A stretch of 64,000 nucleotides of DNA from an uncultured Spirochaetaceae bacterium (lineage in GTDB: Bacteria > Spirochaetota > Spirochaetia > SZUA-6 > DRHE01), in the NCBI GenBank assembly GCA_964390045.1, contig CAYMGP010000001.1, forward strand, positions 28,748-92,747, read 5' to 3'. A program made the translations under genes and the position numbers. The notes beneath the pieces were generated by a model. The model did no database searches and had not been told where the DNA came from. It saw nothing but the letters and a program-made list of their open reading frames with translations. Positions 26,134-34,168 of this stretch are shown in pieces. Positions within the stretch are counted from its first letter, which is position 1. Every line of letters begins with the position of its first letter.

Positions 26134-27366
26134 TTGACAAGCCAGCAACGTGTAACAGCGGCAGTTGATCATCGTGAACCGGACCAGGTGTCGATAGATT
26201 TCGGCGGACACCGTAGCAGCGGTATTATGGCTTTAGCCTACAAAAAATTGCGTGAGTATCTCGATTTTCCAAGAAAACAGATAAAAATATATGACATGAT
26301 CCAGCAGCTGGCAATCGTCGATGCGGATGTGCTCGAGCGGTTCGGAGTTGACACCATCGAGATGGGCCGTGGTTTTGCCTTGGATGATAAGGATTGGAAG
26401 GAGTGGACGATGCCGGACGGCACCGAGGTACTTATCCCCTCCTGGGTGGACGTCCTAAAAGAGAACAACAGTTGGATTGTCAAAGCGCCCTCCGGTGTGA
26501 ATAGTGGTATTCAACGCGAAGGGATGATTTATTTCGACCAAATTTACTGGCCCTATAAAGAGGCAGTTCCGGATGACCTCTCCGAACTTCCCGATGCATT
26601 GGCCGATGTCATGTGGTCGGTGCCTACACCCCCCCATTTGGGGCAGACGAGTATCGAAGAACTGACTGAGGGGGCCAAGAAACTGAGAGAGTCTACGGAT
26701 CGATATATCATTTTTCTATTCGGAGGCAACCTCCTTGAAATATCGAGCTATCTCTGCAGCATACCTGAGTTTATGATGCTCATGGCCGGTGAGCCTGAAA
26801 GAACCCACCGATTGTTGGATGCATTGGTAGAGTTCCACAAAAAAAATATAGACACATTTATTCCCGCAGTAGCACCCTATATTGATAACGTCCTCTTCGG
26901 GGATGATCTGGGAATGCAATCCGGACCGCTGATATCCCCCGACATGTACCGGGAATACTTCAAACCGAGACACGAAGAACTGTGGAAATATGCGAAAAAG
27001 GTAAGCGGGAAAACCGTGCAGCTTCACTCCTGCGGCAGTTTACGGCTGCTTCTGGATCAATTGATTGATGCGGGGCTTGATGCAGTTAATCCGGTTCAGA
27101 TAAGCTCTGCCGGGATGGATGCAGCGGAGTTGAAACAGGAGTTTGGAGATAGGCTGTGTCTGTGGGGCGGTGGCTGTGATACGCAGCATGTTCTTCCCAA
27201 CGGAACTGCTGAACAGGTCAGAACCCACGTGTTGGAACAGTGCGAGATTCTTCAACCAGGTGGCGGATTTGTATTTCAGCAGGTGCATAACATCATGGCC
27301 AATGTTCCGCCTGAGAATATCGTGGCTATGTTTGATGCGGTCGCTGAGTTCAACGGGAAGAAATAA
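26134..27366 (+). CDS. uroporphyrinogen decarboxylase (URO-D)-family protein (MtaA/CmuA-like methyltransferase fold)
   Basis: 410 aa. URO-D-like C-terminal region (GDDLGMQSGPLISPDMYREYFKP, LHSCGS, LQPGGGFVFQQVHNIMANVPPENIVAMFDA). It is the last gene of the sugar ABC operon. Confidence 0.65.
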   Translation: MTSQQRVTAAVDHREPDQVSIDFGGHRSSGIMALAYKKLREYLDFPRKQIKIYDMIQQLAIVDADVLERFGVDTIEMGRGFALDDKDWKEWTMPDGTEVLIPSWVDVLKENNSWIVKAPSGVNSGIQREGMIYFDQIYWPYKEAVPDDLSELPDALADVMWSVPTPPHLGQTSIEELTEGAKKLRESTDRYIIFLFGGNLLEISSYLCSIPEFMMLMAGEPERTHRLLDALVEFHKKNIDTFIPAVAPYIDNVLFGDDLGMQSGPLISPDMYREYFKPRHEELWKYAKKVSGKTVQLHSCGSLRLLLDQLIDAGLDAVNPVQISSAGMDAAELKQEFGDRLCLWGGGCDTQHVLPNGTAEQVRTHVLEQCEILQPGGGFVFQQVHNIMANVPPENIVAMFDAVAEFNGKK

Positions 27367-27525
27367 TTCGATTCTATCTCCACGATTCGCAGTACAAAAG
27401 AACTAACGTTCGGGTACTTCAGTAATTCGGTCAATTGAAAAGGTGTTCTCATACACACCGTTAATCGGATCTACTTTTGATTCCTGTTTTTTGTTATCCC
27501 GGGCCGAGAATATCTATAAGGAACC

Positions 27526-28350
27526 ATGGCCAGCGAAGAACAGGCAGTCGCTCTGAGCTCGAAGGGACCCGTTACTCTCCAATCTCTGACCGCCGACCTG
27601 CGCTCGCTCGGGGTACGCCCGGGGATGGTACTGATCGTCCATTCTTCGCTCAGCGCCATGGGCTGGGTCTGCGGCGGGGCGGTGGCCGCGATCCTGGCCC
27701 TGCAGGCCGTTCTGCGCCCCTACGGGACCCTGATCATGCCCACCCATTCGGGGGACCTCTCCGATCCTTCGCTCTGGCAGAACCCCCCGGTGCCCGAATC
27801 CTGGTGGGAAACGATACGCAAGACCATGCCTGCCTACGATCGGGATCTGACTCCTACACGCGAGATGGGCAAGGTGCCCGAGTGTTTCCGCAAACAGCCT
27901 GCGGTCCTGCGCAGCTCCCATCCCCAGGTCTCCTTTGCCGCCTGGGGGGAAAACAGCCTGAAGGTTGTCCAGGAGCACAGCCTCGAGTTCAGCCTGGGCG
28001 AGCAATCCCCATTGGCCAGGATCTACGAGCTCGACGGCTGGGTGCTGCTGATCGGCGTGGATCACGGCAGCAATACATCTCTGCACCTCGCCGAGTACAG
28101 GGCTCATTTCCACGGCAAGCGCATAGAAACAAGCGGCGCTCCGGTAATGATCGCCGGCCACCGGCGCTGGAAACGCTTCAAGGATATCAACTACTACAGC
28201 GACGATTTCGATCGCCTGGGCAGGGACTTCGAACGGGAGCACAGAGACGAGATACGAAAAGGCATGATCGGCTACGCCCGCTCACAACTGTTCTCGCAGC
28301 GGCTCTGCGTCGATTACGGGGAAAAATGGATAGAGCGAAGCCGCCGTTAG
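27526..28350 (+). CDS. aminoglycoside N3-acetyltransferase AAC(3)-family protein
   Basis: 274 aa. Antibiotic_NAT signature (GVRPGMVLIVHSSLSAMGWVCGGAVAAILAL ... GTLIMPTHS). Confidence 0.7.
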   Translation: MASEEQAVALSSKGPVTLQSLTADLRSLGVRPGMVLIVHSSLSAMGWVCGGAVAAILALQAVLRPYGTLIMPTHSGDLSDPSLWQNPPVPESWWETIRKTMPAYDRDLTPTREMGKVPECFRKQPAVLRSSHPQVSFAAWGENSLKVVQEHSLEFSLGEQSPLARIYELDGWVLLIGVDHGSNTSLHLAEYRAHFHGKRIETSGAPVMIAGHRRWKRFKDINYYSDDFDRLGRDFEREHRDEIRKGMIGYARSQLFSQRLCVDYGEKWIERSRR

Positions 28351-28381
28351 AACATACGGGGAGCGGCTGTCGCCTTTAGGC

Positions 28382-28714
28382 CTAGTGATCGCAGGCGTTG
28401 TCTCCCGTTTGCAGGTCTCCCTTCAGGTAGCTGTCGACAGCCGCCTCGGGCTCCACGCTGGGCGCTCCGTAGATCACTTCGATGCCTGCCTGTTGGAACA
28501 ACTGCAGGGCCCTGTTACCCATTCCACCGGCGATGACCATGGTCACTCCCTGCTCTTTCAACCAGCGCGGCAGCAATCCCGGTTCGTGGGGGGGTGAGCT
28601 CAGATCCTCACGGCTGCTTAGGGCCCGATCCTCAACCTCAAATATCAAAAACTGCTCGCAGTGGCCGAAATGCTGGGAGAGCCTTCCTCCTGTCACGGGC
28701 ATGGCAATTTTCAT
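28382..28714 (-). CDS. NifB/NifX-family (dinitrogenase FeMo-cofactor-binding fold) protein
   Basis: 110 aa, with the family pattern MKIAMPV...HFGHCEQFLIFEV ... VTMVIAGGMGNRA. Confidence 0.7.
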   Translation of the reverse strand: MKIAMPVTGGRLSQHFGHCEQFLIFEVEDRALSSREDLSSPPHEPGLLPRWLKEQGVTMVIAGGMGNRALQLFQQAGIEVIYGAPSVEPEAAVDSYLKGDLQTGDNACDH

Positions 28715-29538
28715 GAAACTGTACCTCCTTGATCCAGTTTATCTATTATGGTACTGAAATCCTCTTTCGCTTCTTCGTATTCAAGCGCATAGGGCTTTCC
28801 TCTGTCCGTGGAGGCCACGATCTCCGGACGGATCGGGATGCGGCCGAGAAAGGGAACACCCATCTCCTTGGCGGTACGCTCGCCGCCTCCACTGGAGAAT
28901 AGATCGATACTCTTGCCGCAGTGCGGGCAGATCAATCCGCTCATGTTCTCCAAGATTCCGAAAACGGGCATGTTAACCTGCCTGCAGAAGGTGATGGACT
29001 TGCGGATATCCAGCAGGGAAATTTCCTGCGGCGTCGTTACCACGATCCCTTGCGCCTTGGGAATCACCTGGGCGACCGTCAGAGGTTCGTCTCCGGTACC
29101 GGGGGGTGAATCGATAAGAAGGTAATCCAGCTCTCCCCATTGAACATCGGCGATGAATTGCTTGATCGCTCCGATCTTTAATGGCCCCCGCCAGATCACT
29201 GCCGTATCTTTGCTGTCCAGGAGCGCAGCCATGGATATCAACTTCATGTTTTTTCCGTATGGAATCGGCAGCAGACGGTTTCCGTCCATGCGCACCGGCT
29301 CGCCCTCCAAGCCCAGCATCTTCACCGTGCTGGGGCCGTGCAGATCCACATCCATCAGGCCCACGGAAGCTCCTCGCTCGGCAAGGACGGCTGCCAGATT
29401 GATGGCCACGGTGCTCTTGCCAACCCCTCCCTTCCCGCTCATGATCATGTATATATATTTGACCCGCGAAAGTTGATCCGCGATTCGTTTATCCTGTTCC
29501 TGTCTTTCCTGTTCTCTATTCCCGGCATCGTGAGTCAT
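28711..29538 (-). CDS. Mrp/NBP35-family P-loop ATPase (Fe-S cluster carrier ApbC-like)
   Basis: 275 aa. Walker A (SGKGGVGKSTVAINLA) and a C-terminal CPHCG motif. Overlaps the NifX-like gene by 4 bp. Confidence 0.85.
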   Translation of the reverse strand: MTHDAGNREQERQEQDKRIADQLSRVKYIYMIMSGKGGVGKSTVAINLAAVLAERGASVGLMDVDLHGPSTVKMLGLEGEPVRMDGNRLLPIPYGKNMKLISMAALLDSKDTAVIWRGPLKIGAIKQFIADVQWGELDYLLIDSPPGTGDEPLTVAQVIPKAQGIVVTTPQEISLLDIRKSITFCRQVNMPVFGILENMSGLICPHCGKSIDLFSSGGGERTAKEMGVPFLGRIPIRPEIVASTDRGKPYALEYEEAKEDFSTIIDKLDQGGTVS

Positions 29539-29628
29539 AATTCTTCCTTTCTTTCACTCTTGCCTGTATTATTATGATGATACCCAAAAATCTTGTTTTT
29601 TTGGCAAGATTTTCGGGTGTCAGAAGAC

Positions 29629-29668
29629 ATCGCAATCTTCCTTTTCAGTTGCGATCGAAGATTGCGAT
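29629..29668. promoter_or_regulatory. 12-bp inverted repeat ATCGCAATCTTC / GAAGATTGCGAT (TTGCGAT motif occurs three times)
   Basis: Arms at 29629-29640 and 29657-29668 in the divergent Mrp / DUF134 intergenic region. A third TTGCGAT copy lies between them. Confidence 0.4.
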
Positions 29669-29695
29669 ATACCTTTCTGTAATATAACAAATCTC

Positions 29696-29743
29696 TTGAC
29701 AAATGAGAATATGTTCATTATACTTTTTAATGAGAATATTCTC
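29696..29743 (+). promoter_or_regulatory. sigma-70-type promoter plus downstream perfect palindrome GAGAATATTCTC (candidate operator) for the DUF134 gene
   Basis: TTGACA (29696-29701), 17-nt spacer, TATACT (29719-29724). The 12-bp perfect palindrome at 29732-29743 lies between the -10 element and the RBS. A direct repeat AATGAGAATAT occurs at 29702-29712 and 29730-29740. Confidence 0.5.
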
Positions 29744-29757
29744 AAAAAGGTTGGATA

Positions 29758-30285
29758 ATGTCCAAACCAAAAAAACACAGGAGAGTCCAGTATCCTCCTT
29801 CCGTCGTTTATTTCAAACCCCAGGGAATTCCTATGTTTCAGCTCGAGCAGATAACGCTGGCCGTTGACGAGTACGAAGCGGTCCGTCTGGTGGACAGGGA
29901 AGGCCTCGATCAGGAGCAGGCGGCCGAGCGAATGGGGGTTTCCCGGGCAACCTGCGCCCGCATCCTGGACAGTGCTCATAAGAAAATAGCAGAAGCGCTC
30001 ACCCAAGGCAAGGCAATTCGCATCGAAGGCGGAAATTTCACCTTGAGGTTGAACCGCTACCGCTGTCTAGACTGCGGCACTGTCTGGGAGCAAGACCTGG
30101 ACGGGGCAGAACAAACCGGACAGAACGCAACCCCGACCTGTCCGAATTGCAAGAGCACACGAGTACTCGATTTCGCTCGTCAGGCAGGTTGGCGTCCGGC
30201 TACACCTTGGACAGCAGAAAAGAGACATGGCGGGGAAAGCGGTGGTTTTGAAAAAGGAAGAGGAGGAGGGCTCTGGAGCTCCTGA
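29758..30285 (+). CDS. DUF134 (UPF0251)-family protein with C-terminal zinc ribbon
   Basis: 175 aa. N-terminus MSKPKKHRRVQ..., an HTH-like segment (LDQEQAAERMGVSRATCARILDSAHKKIAEAL) and a CxxC...CxxC ribbon (CLDCG...CPNCKS). Confidence 0.65.
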   Translation: MSKPKKHRRVQYPPSVVYFKPQGIPMFQLEQITLAVDEYEAVRLVDREGLDQEQAAERMGVSRATCARILDSAHKKIAEALTQGKAIRIEGGNFTLRLNRYRCLDCGTVWEQDLDGAEQTGQNATPTCPNCKSTRVLDFARQAGWRPATPWTAEKRHGGESGGFEKGRGGGLWSS

Positions 30286-30309
30286 CAGTCTTTTCATCTA
30301 TAGGAGGAA

Positions 30310-30696
30310 TTGTCTATGAAAATTGCTATCAGCGCCAGCGGAACCGATCAGAACGCCCAGCTTGATCCTCGTTTCGGCCGTTGTCAGTACTTCGTAATCG
30401 TGGACACGGAGAGCGGGGAAACGACCTCCGTTCAAAACCCCGCCCAGTTCGCCGGCGGCGGCGCCGGCCCCCAGGCGGCCCAAACCGTCGCGGATCAGGG
30501 CGCCGAGGTCGTGCTCACCGGCAATGTCGGGCCGAACGCTCATCGCGCGCTCCAGGCTGCCGAGGTTACCGTTGTCACAGGAGCAAGCGGAACAGTGTCC
30601 GAGGCGCTGCAGAACTACAAAGAAGGAAAGTACTCGGCCGCCGAAAATCCCACGGTTCGGCCCCACTTCGGCCTATCCGGAGGAAAGCAAGGCTGA
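30310..30696 (+). CDS. NifB/NifX-family (FeMo-cofactor-binding fold) protein, second copy
   Basis: 128 aa (MKIAISASG...RFGRCQYFVIVD ... VVLTGNVGPNA). GGAGG RBS. Confidence 0.7.
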   Translation: MSMKIAISASGTDQNAQLDPRFGRCQYFVIVDTESGETTSVQNPAQFAGGGAGPQAAQTVADQGAEVVLTGNVGPNAHRALQAAEVTVVTGASGTVSEALQNYKEGKYSAAENPTVRPHFGLSGGKQG

Positions 30697-30794
30697 TCGA
30701 TGTTCGGCGGAGGAGAGAAAACCGCGAGATAGCCGGTTGTATATAAATCGTGTTATATTGGGAAGGAGGAGGTGCTGTGAGCTCCCTCGATATA

Positions 30795-31139
30795 ATGCGT
30801 TGTTCTGCCTGTGGGAGTGGAGAGCCTCCACTGACCCGAGAACAGATAGAAGACTACCTTCCTCAAGTACCCGATTGGAATTTGGTGCAAAGCAACGGGT
30901 TCTACCGCCTGCAGCGCATCTTCCGCTTTCCTGATTTCACTCAGGCTTTGAAGTTTACGAACACGATCGCCGCCCTCTCTGAAAAACAGGGGCATCATCC
31001 CTCGCTTCTCACTGAATGGGGACGGGTCACCATCACCTGGTGGACCCATAAGATCCGAGGCCTGCACAGAAACGATTTCATCATGGCAGCCAAGAGTGAA
31101 AAAGCGTATCTCAAGCTGAAGCCGGTGGAGCAGAACTGA
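30795..31139 (+). CDS. pterin-4a-carbinolamine dehydratase (PCD/DCoH)
   Basis: Full canonical PCD motif E-x3-HHP-x5-W-x9-H-x8-D (EKQGHHPSLLTEWGRVTITWWTHKIRGLHRND). The start is taken at ATG 30795 (MRCSACGSGEP...); the ORF track begins at 30750. An unusual CxxC lies near the N-terminus. Confidence 0.7.
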   Translation: MRCSACGSGEPPLTREQIEDYLPQVPDWNLVQSNGFYRLQRIFRFPDFTQALKFTNTIAALSEKQGHHPSLLTEWGRVTITWWTHKIRGLHRNDFIMAAKSEKAYLKLKPVEQN

Positions 31140-31597
31140 TGTGGAAAAACACCTCCGTGATTCCGGTTATCGCCTGCCTCCTGCTGCTCCTGAGCACTTT
31201 ATCTATCTACGGCAGCGGCGGGCAAAACGGATCCGAGGGCTCTTTCAATCCTGATTTGGATTATGCCCAAGTCGGGCGCGTGCAGGCACGACAAGCTCAG
31301 AGCGGGTCGTGGCGCTTCGAAGTCACGGTCCGGCACAACGACGAGGGCTGGGATCACTACGCCGACGCCTGGCAGGTTGTCGATCCGCAAAGCGGGAAGG
31401 TATTGGGAGAGCGGATTCTGGCTCATCCTCACGAAAACGAGCAGCCTTTCACTCGCAGCCAGAGCGGGATCATTATACCGAACAGTCTCAACCAGGTGCT
31501 GGTTCGCGCCAAGTGCAACGTCCATGGTTTCGGCGGACGTGAGATCCTCGTCGATCTGTCCGAACCGGAAGTGGATGTTTCTACGGTTCAAAAGTGA
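31139..31597 (+). CDS. secreted hypothetical protein
   Basis: 152 aa. N-terminal signal peptide (VIPVIACLLLLLSTLSIYG). Its start overlaps the PCD stop (TGATG). His-rich conserved-looking segment WDHYADAW...HPHENEQPF. No family recognised. Confidence 0.45.
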   Translation: MWKNTSVIPVIACLLLLLSTLSIYGSGGQNGSEGSFNPDLDYAQVGRVQARQAQSGSWRFEVTVRHNDEGWDHYADAWQVVDPQSGKVLGERILAHPHENEQPFTRSQSGIIIPNSLNQVLVRAKCNVHGFGGREILVDLSEPEVDVSTVQK

Positions 31598-31889
31598 TCT
31601 TTCTACGGAAGTAATTACGGGACCAGTCAATACTTACAGGTATGGGAGCTTCAGCTCGCTGATACCACCTGGAAATCCTTGTTGATTACCAGGTTCGCTC
31701 TCGGCTTGTGAGCCGAAATGATCTCATGCTCGATCACCAGCACCTTTCTCAGAAACTCATCCTGGGCTTCCCGACTCCCCGGCTACACCGATGGTGTAAA
31801 TCCTCGTAGCAGATCGGATCTGCGGCAGGATTCTGTCTACGTATGGTGACAACAACGGGCAGGCCGGATCCATCAAAGGGTAGGAGCCG

Positions 31890-33128
31890 TTAAAAGAGGT
31901 ACATTGGATAGGAGTCGGGGTTTTTGCCGAAGAGCGTGATCTCGTCTACCTGTTTTATCTTGTCGCCCAAACAGAGGGCGAAAAGACAGCGCTCGATACC
32001 GAGACCTCCGCCGAAGGTCTCCGGAAACAGGGGTCGGCCCTCCTCGTCTTTCTGGTAAGCGGCCAGCAGAAAGGGTCCGTAACCGCCGAGCTCGTCTATA
32101 TTTTCGATCCTGTCCATGTCGATCTGCGGTCTGGCCGCGAGTATCTTGTTGTCGATCAGCCTCTCCACGATGGCTTCGTACAGCCACTCCCTCAAGCCGC
32201 CGGAGAGAACCTCGTAAGCCGGGCCGAATGAGTTGTCCCTACGCTGAAGGCTCTGCGCGCAGAGGTCGTAATTGTACACCATATCCGAGCTGAACTCGGA
32301 AAGAGGGATCTTGCCGCCGTCTGCCTTCAGATACGGATAGATCAGATCATAGTTCTCACGCAGCAGGCCTGTGATCCAGAAGAAGTGGCCTTTAACCGTC
32401 TTTCCCAGGGGCTGCTCGATCGCCTTGGAACCAACCTTGTTCAAGGCCTCATCCCGACGGAAACGGGGGAAGGGTGTCTTGGGGACCTTGAGAGCAACTC
32501 CGAGGGCTTCGAGATTCTCTGCATTGCGGTCGGCGACCGCCTCCATAGCTACGACGATGAGGCGTTCGAAAAAACTCAGGGCCTGCTCGTGATCCTCTTG
32601 CAGGATTTTCTTCACCTTTTCCGTACTGTGCAGATAGGTTTCCAGATCCACGCCCCGGTTGCGCCGCGCCTCGATATCCATTTGGGAAAAATCGATCAGG
32701 TACTTGTTTCTCTGGACCCGAAAGGGGCTTTCCATCTCCAGACGTATGTTCGGGGAGTCTACGAAGATCCCTTTTATCTTGGGATTAAACAGAGAGAGCA
32801 TCTTGCAGTAGATCATCGAGTGGGTCGTCATGTAGATCTGGCCCTTGTAGCGGATCGAGGGGGTATGCTCAACGTCGTGGGCTAAAGGATCGGTGACAGG
32901 GCTCAGGGAAATCCGCTCGATGTTGAACAATCCTTCCGAGGCCAGGTGAAGCTGCAGGGCATTGACCAAGGTGGTGCGGATGGCCAGGGCGTGGTAGAGA
33001 TTGTCGCCCAGCCACTTCTCAATGTAGTCTTTGCGGATAAACTCCCCGAGAGAGCTGCCGCTCTCAGTGAGGGCCGCCTGGTAGTTGAACAAGCTCTGAC
33101 CGACCTGCTCGCCGATGGATTCATGCAT
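31890..33128 (-). CDS. class II aminoacyl-tRNA synthetase-like catalytic-core protein (AsnA/AspRS-paralog type) lacking an anticodon-binding domain
   Basis: 412 aa. Motif-3-like FGGGLGIERCLFALCLGDKIKQVDEITLFGKNP (compare GGGIGIDRLVMLL of AspRS/AsnRS/LysRS-type enzymes). Motif-2-like FRVQRNKYLIDFSQMDIE. No N-terminal OB fold. Confidence 0.55.
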   Translation of the reverse strand: MHESIGEQVGQSLFNYQAALTESGSSLGEFIRKDYIEKWLGDNLYHALAIRTTLVNALQLHLASEGLFNIERISLSPVTDPLAHDVEHTPSIRYKGQIYMTTHSMIYCKMLSLFNPKIKGIFVDSPNIRLEMESPFRVQRNKYLIDFSQMDIEARRNRGVDLETYLHSTEKVKKILQEDHEQALSFFERLIVVAMEAVADRNAENLEALGVALKVPKTPFPRFRRDEALNKVGSKAIEQPLGKTVKGHFFWITGLLRENYDLIYPYLKADGGKIPLSEFSSDMVYNYDLCAQSLQRRDNSFGPAYEVLSGGLREWLYEAIVERLIDNKILAARPQIDMDRIENIDELGGYGPFLLAAYQKDEEGRPLFPETFGGGLGIERCLFALCLGDKIKQVDEITLFGKNPDSYPMYLF

Positions 33129-33144
33129 GATAGGGACTCCTCTA

Positions 33145-34110
33145 TTATGTGTATATTTCCTCGCTCAACTCGGCTACTCTCAGACCCGTCTCGCCGGGAA
33201 CCGGCGGTTCCCTGTTTTGCAGGAACGCCTGAGTAACCGCTTCGATGTAGGGCAAATGAAGGTTGGGGTGCGGCGGGTGTTCCTCTGAGCGCCGGCCCTC
33301 TGCGTTGATGACCGTCATCGCTCCGTCGTTCAACACGGGAACATGGATCGAGCCTGTGCTCCCGTAGATATCAAAGCTGTCCTGGGGCTCTTCAATGGCC
33401 CGACTGACCGCCAGCAATCCCCGGGCTTCGTTCTCGAACTCGAATACGGCCACCGTGGTATCCTCAACATCCCAGTCTGTAAGAATTCGTTCGCTGCTGC
33501 CCCAAGCCTTGGTAACGTTCCCGAGAACATTCAGAAAAACTTCTATGCGATGACATCCGAAATCCATCAGAGGTCCACCGCCTCCAAGTTCCTTGCGCGT
33601 TATCCAGTATTTGGGATCTTCCGGCTCCGGGCGAAAGCTTTCGAAGGCGCGGATCTCGGCCAGTACGGGTTTGCCGATTTCACCAGCGGCGATCGTCTCT
33701 TTGATTCTCTCGATCAGCGGATAGAAACGTCGATAGTAGGCGATGCTCAACCGCACGCCGTTACCCCTGCAGGCATCGATCATCCGCCTGCACTCCCGGG
33801 CATCCAGGGCCATGGGCTTCTCGCAGAGCACGTGCTTGCCGCAGGCAGCCGCGGAAATGGCCTGCCGGGCGTGAAGATGTGGGGGAGTGGCCACGTAGAC
33901 CGCGTCTATCTCTTTATCCTCGAGCAGGTCCTGCCAATCTCCGTACCAACGCCGGGCTCCGAACTCTTTTGCAAAGGCTTCGGCCAAATCACGGCGGGCA
34001 CGGCTGACGGCGACCAGCTCGCAGCTCTCCAGATCCCTGAGAGCGGGTGCTATCCGCTTTCGCGCGATATCCCCGCAACCAATGAGCCCCCAGCGTAATT
34101 CTTTCCTCAT
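33145..34110 (-). CDS. Gfo/Idh/MocA-family NAD(P)-dependent oxidoreductase
   Basis: 321 aa. Rossmann N-terminus LRWGLIGCGDIARKRIAPAL and a EKP motif (HVLCEKPMA). Confidence 0.85.
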   Translation of the reverse strand: MRKELRWGLIGCGDIARKRIAPALRDLESCELVAVSRARRDLAEAFAKEFGARRWYGDWQDLLEDKEIDAVYVATPPHLHARQAISAAACGKHVLCEKPMALDARECRRMIDACRGNGVRLSIAYYRRFYPLIERIKETIAAGEIGKPVLAEIRAFESFRPEPEDPKYWITRKELGGGGPLMDFGCHRIEVFLNVLGNVTKAWGSSERILTDWDVEDTTVAVFEFENEARGLLAVSRAIEEPQDSFDIYGSTGSIHVPVLNDGAMTVINAEGRRSEEHPPHPNLHLPYIEAVTQAFLQNREPPVPGETGLRVAELSEEIYT

Positions 34111-34168
34111 GCACTTGCTCCTGTGCTCCAGGCAGGCACAACCAGACTATTAGCCAGCTGAAAAAATG

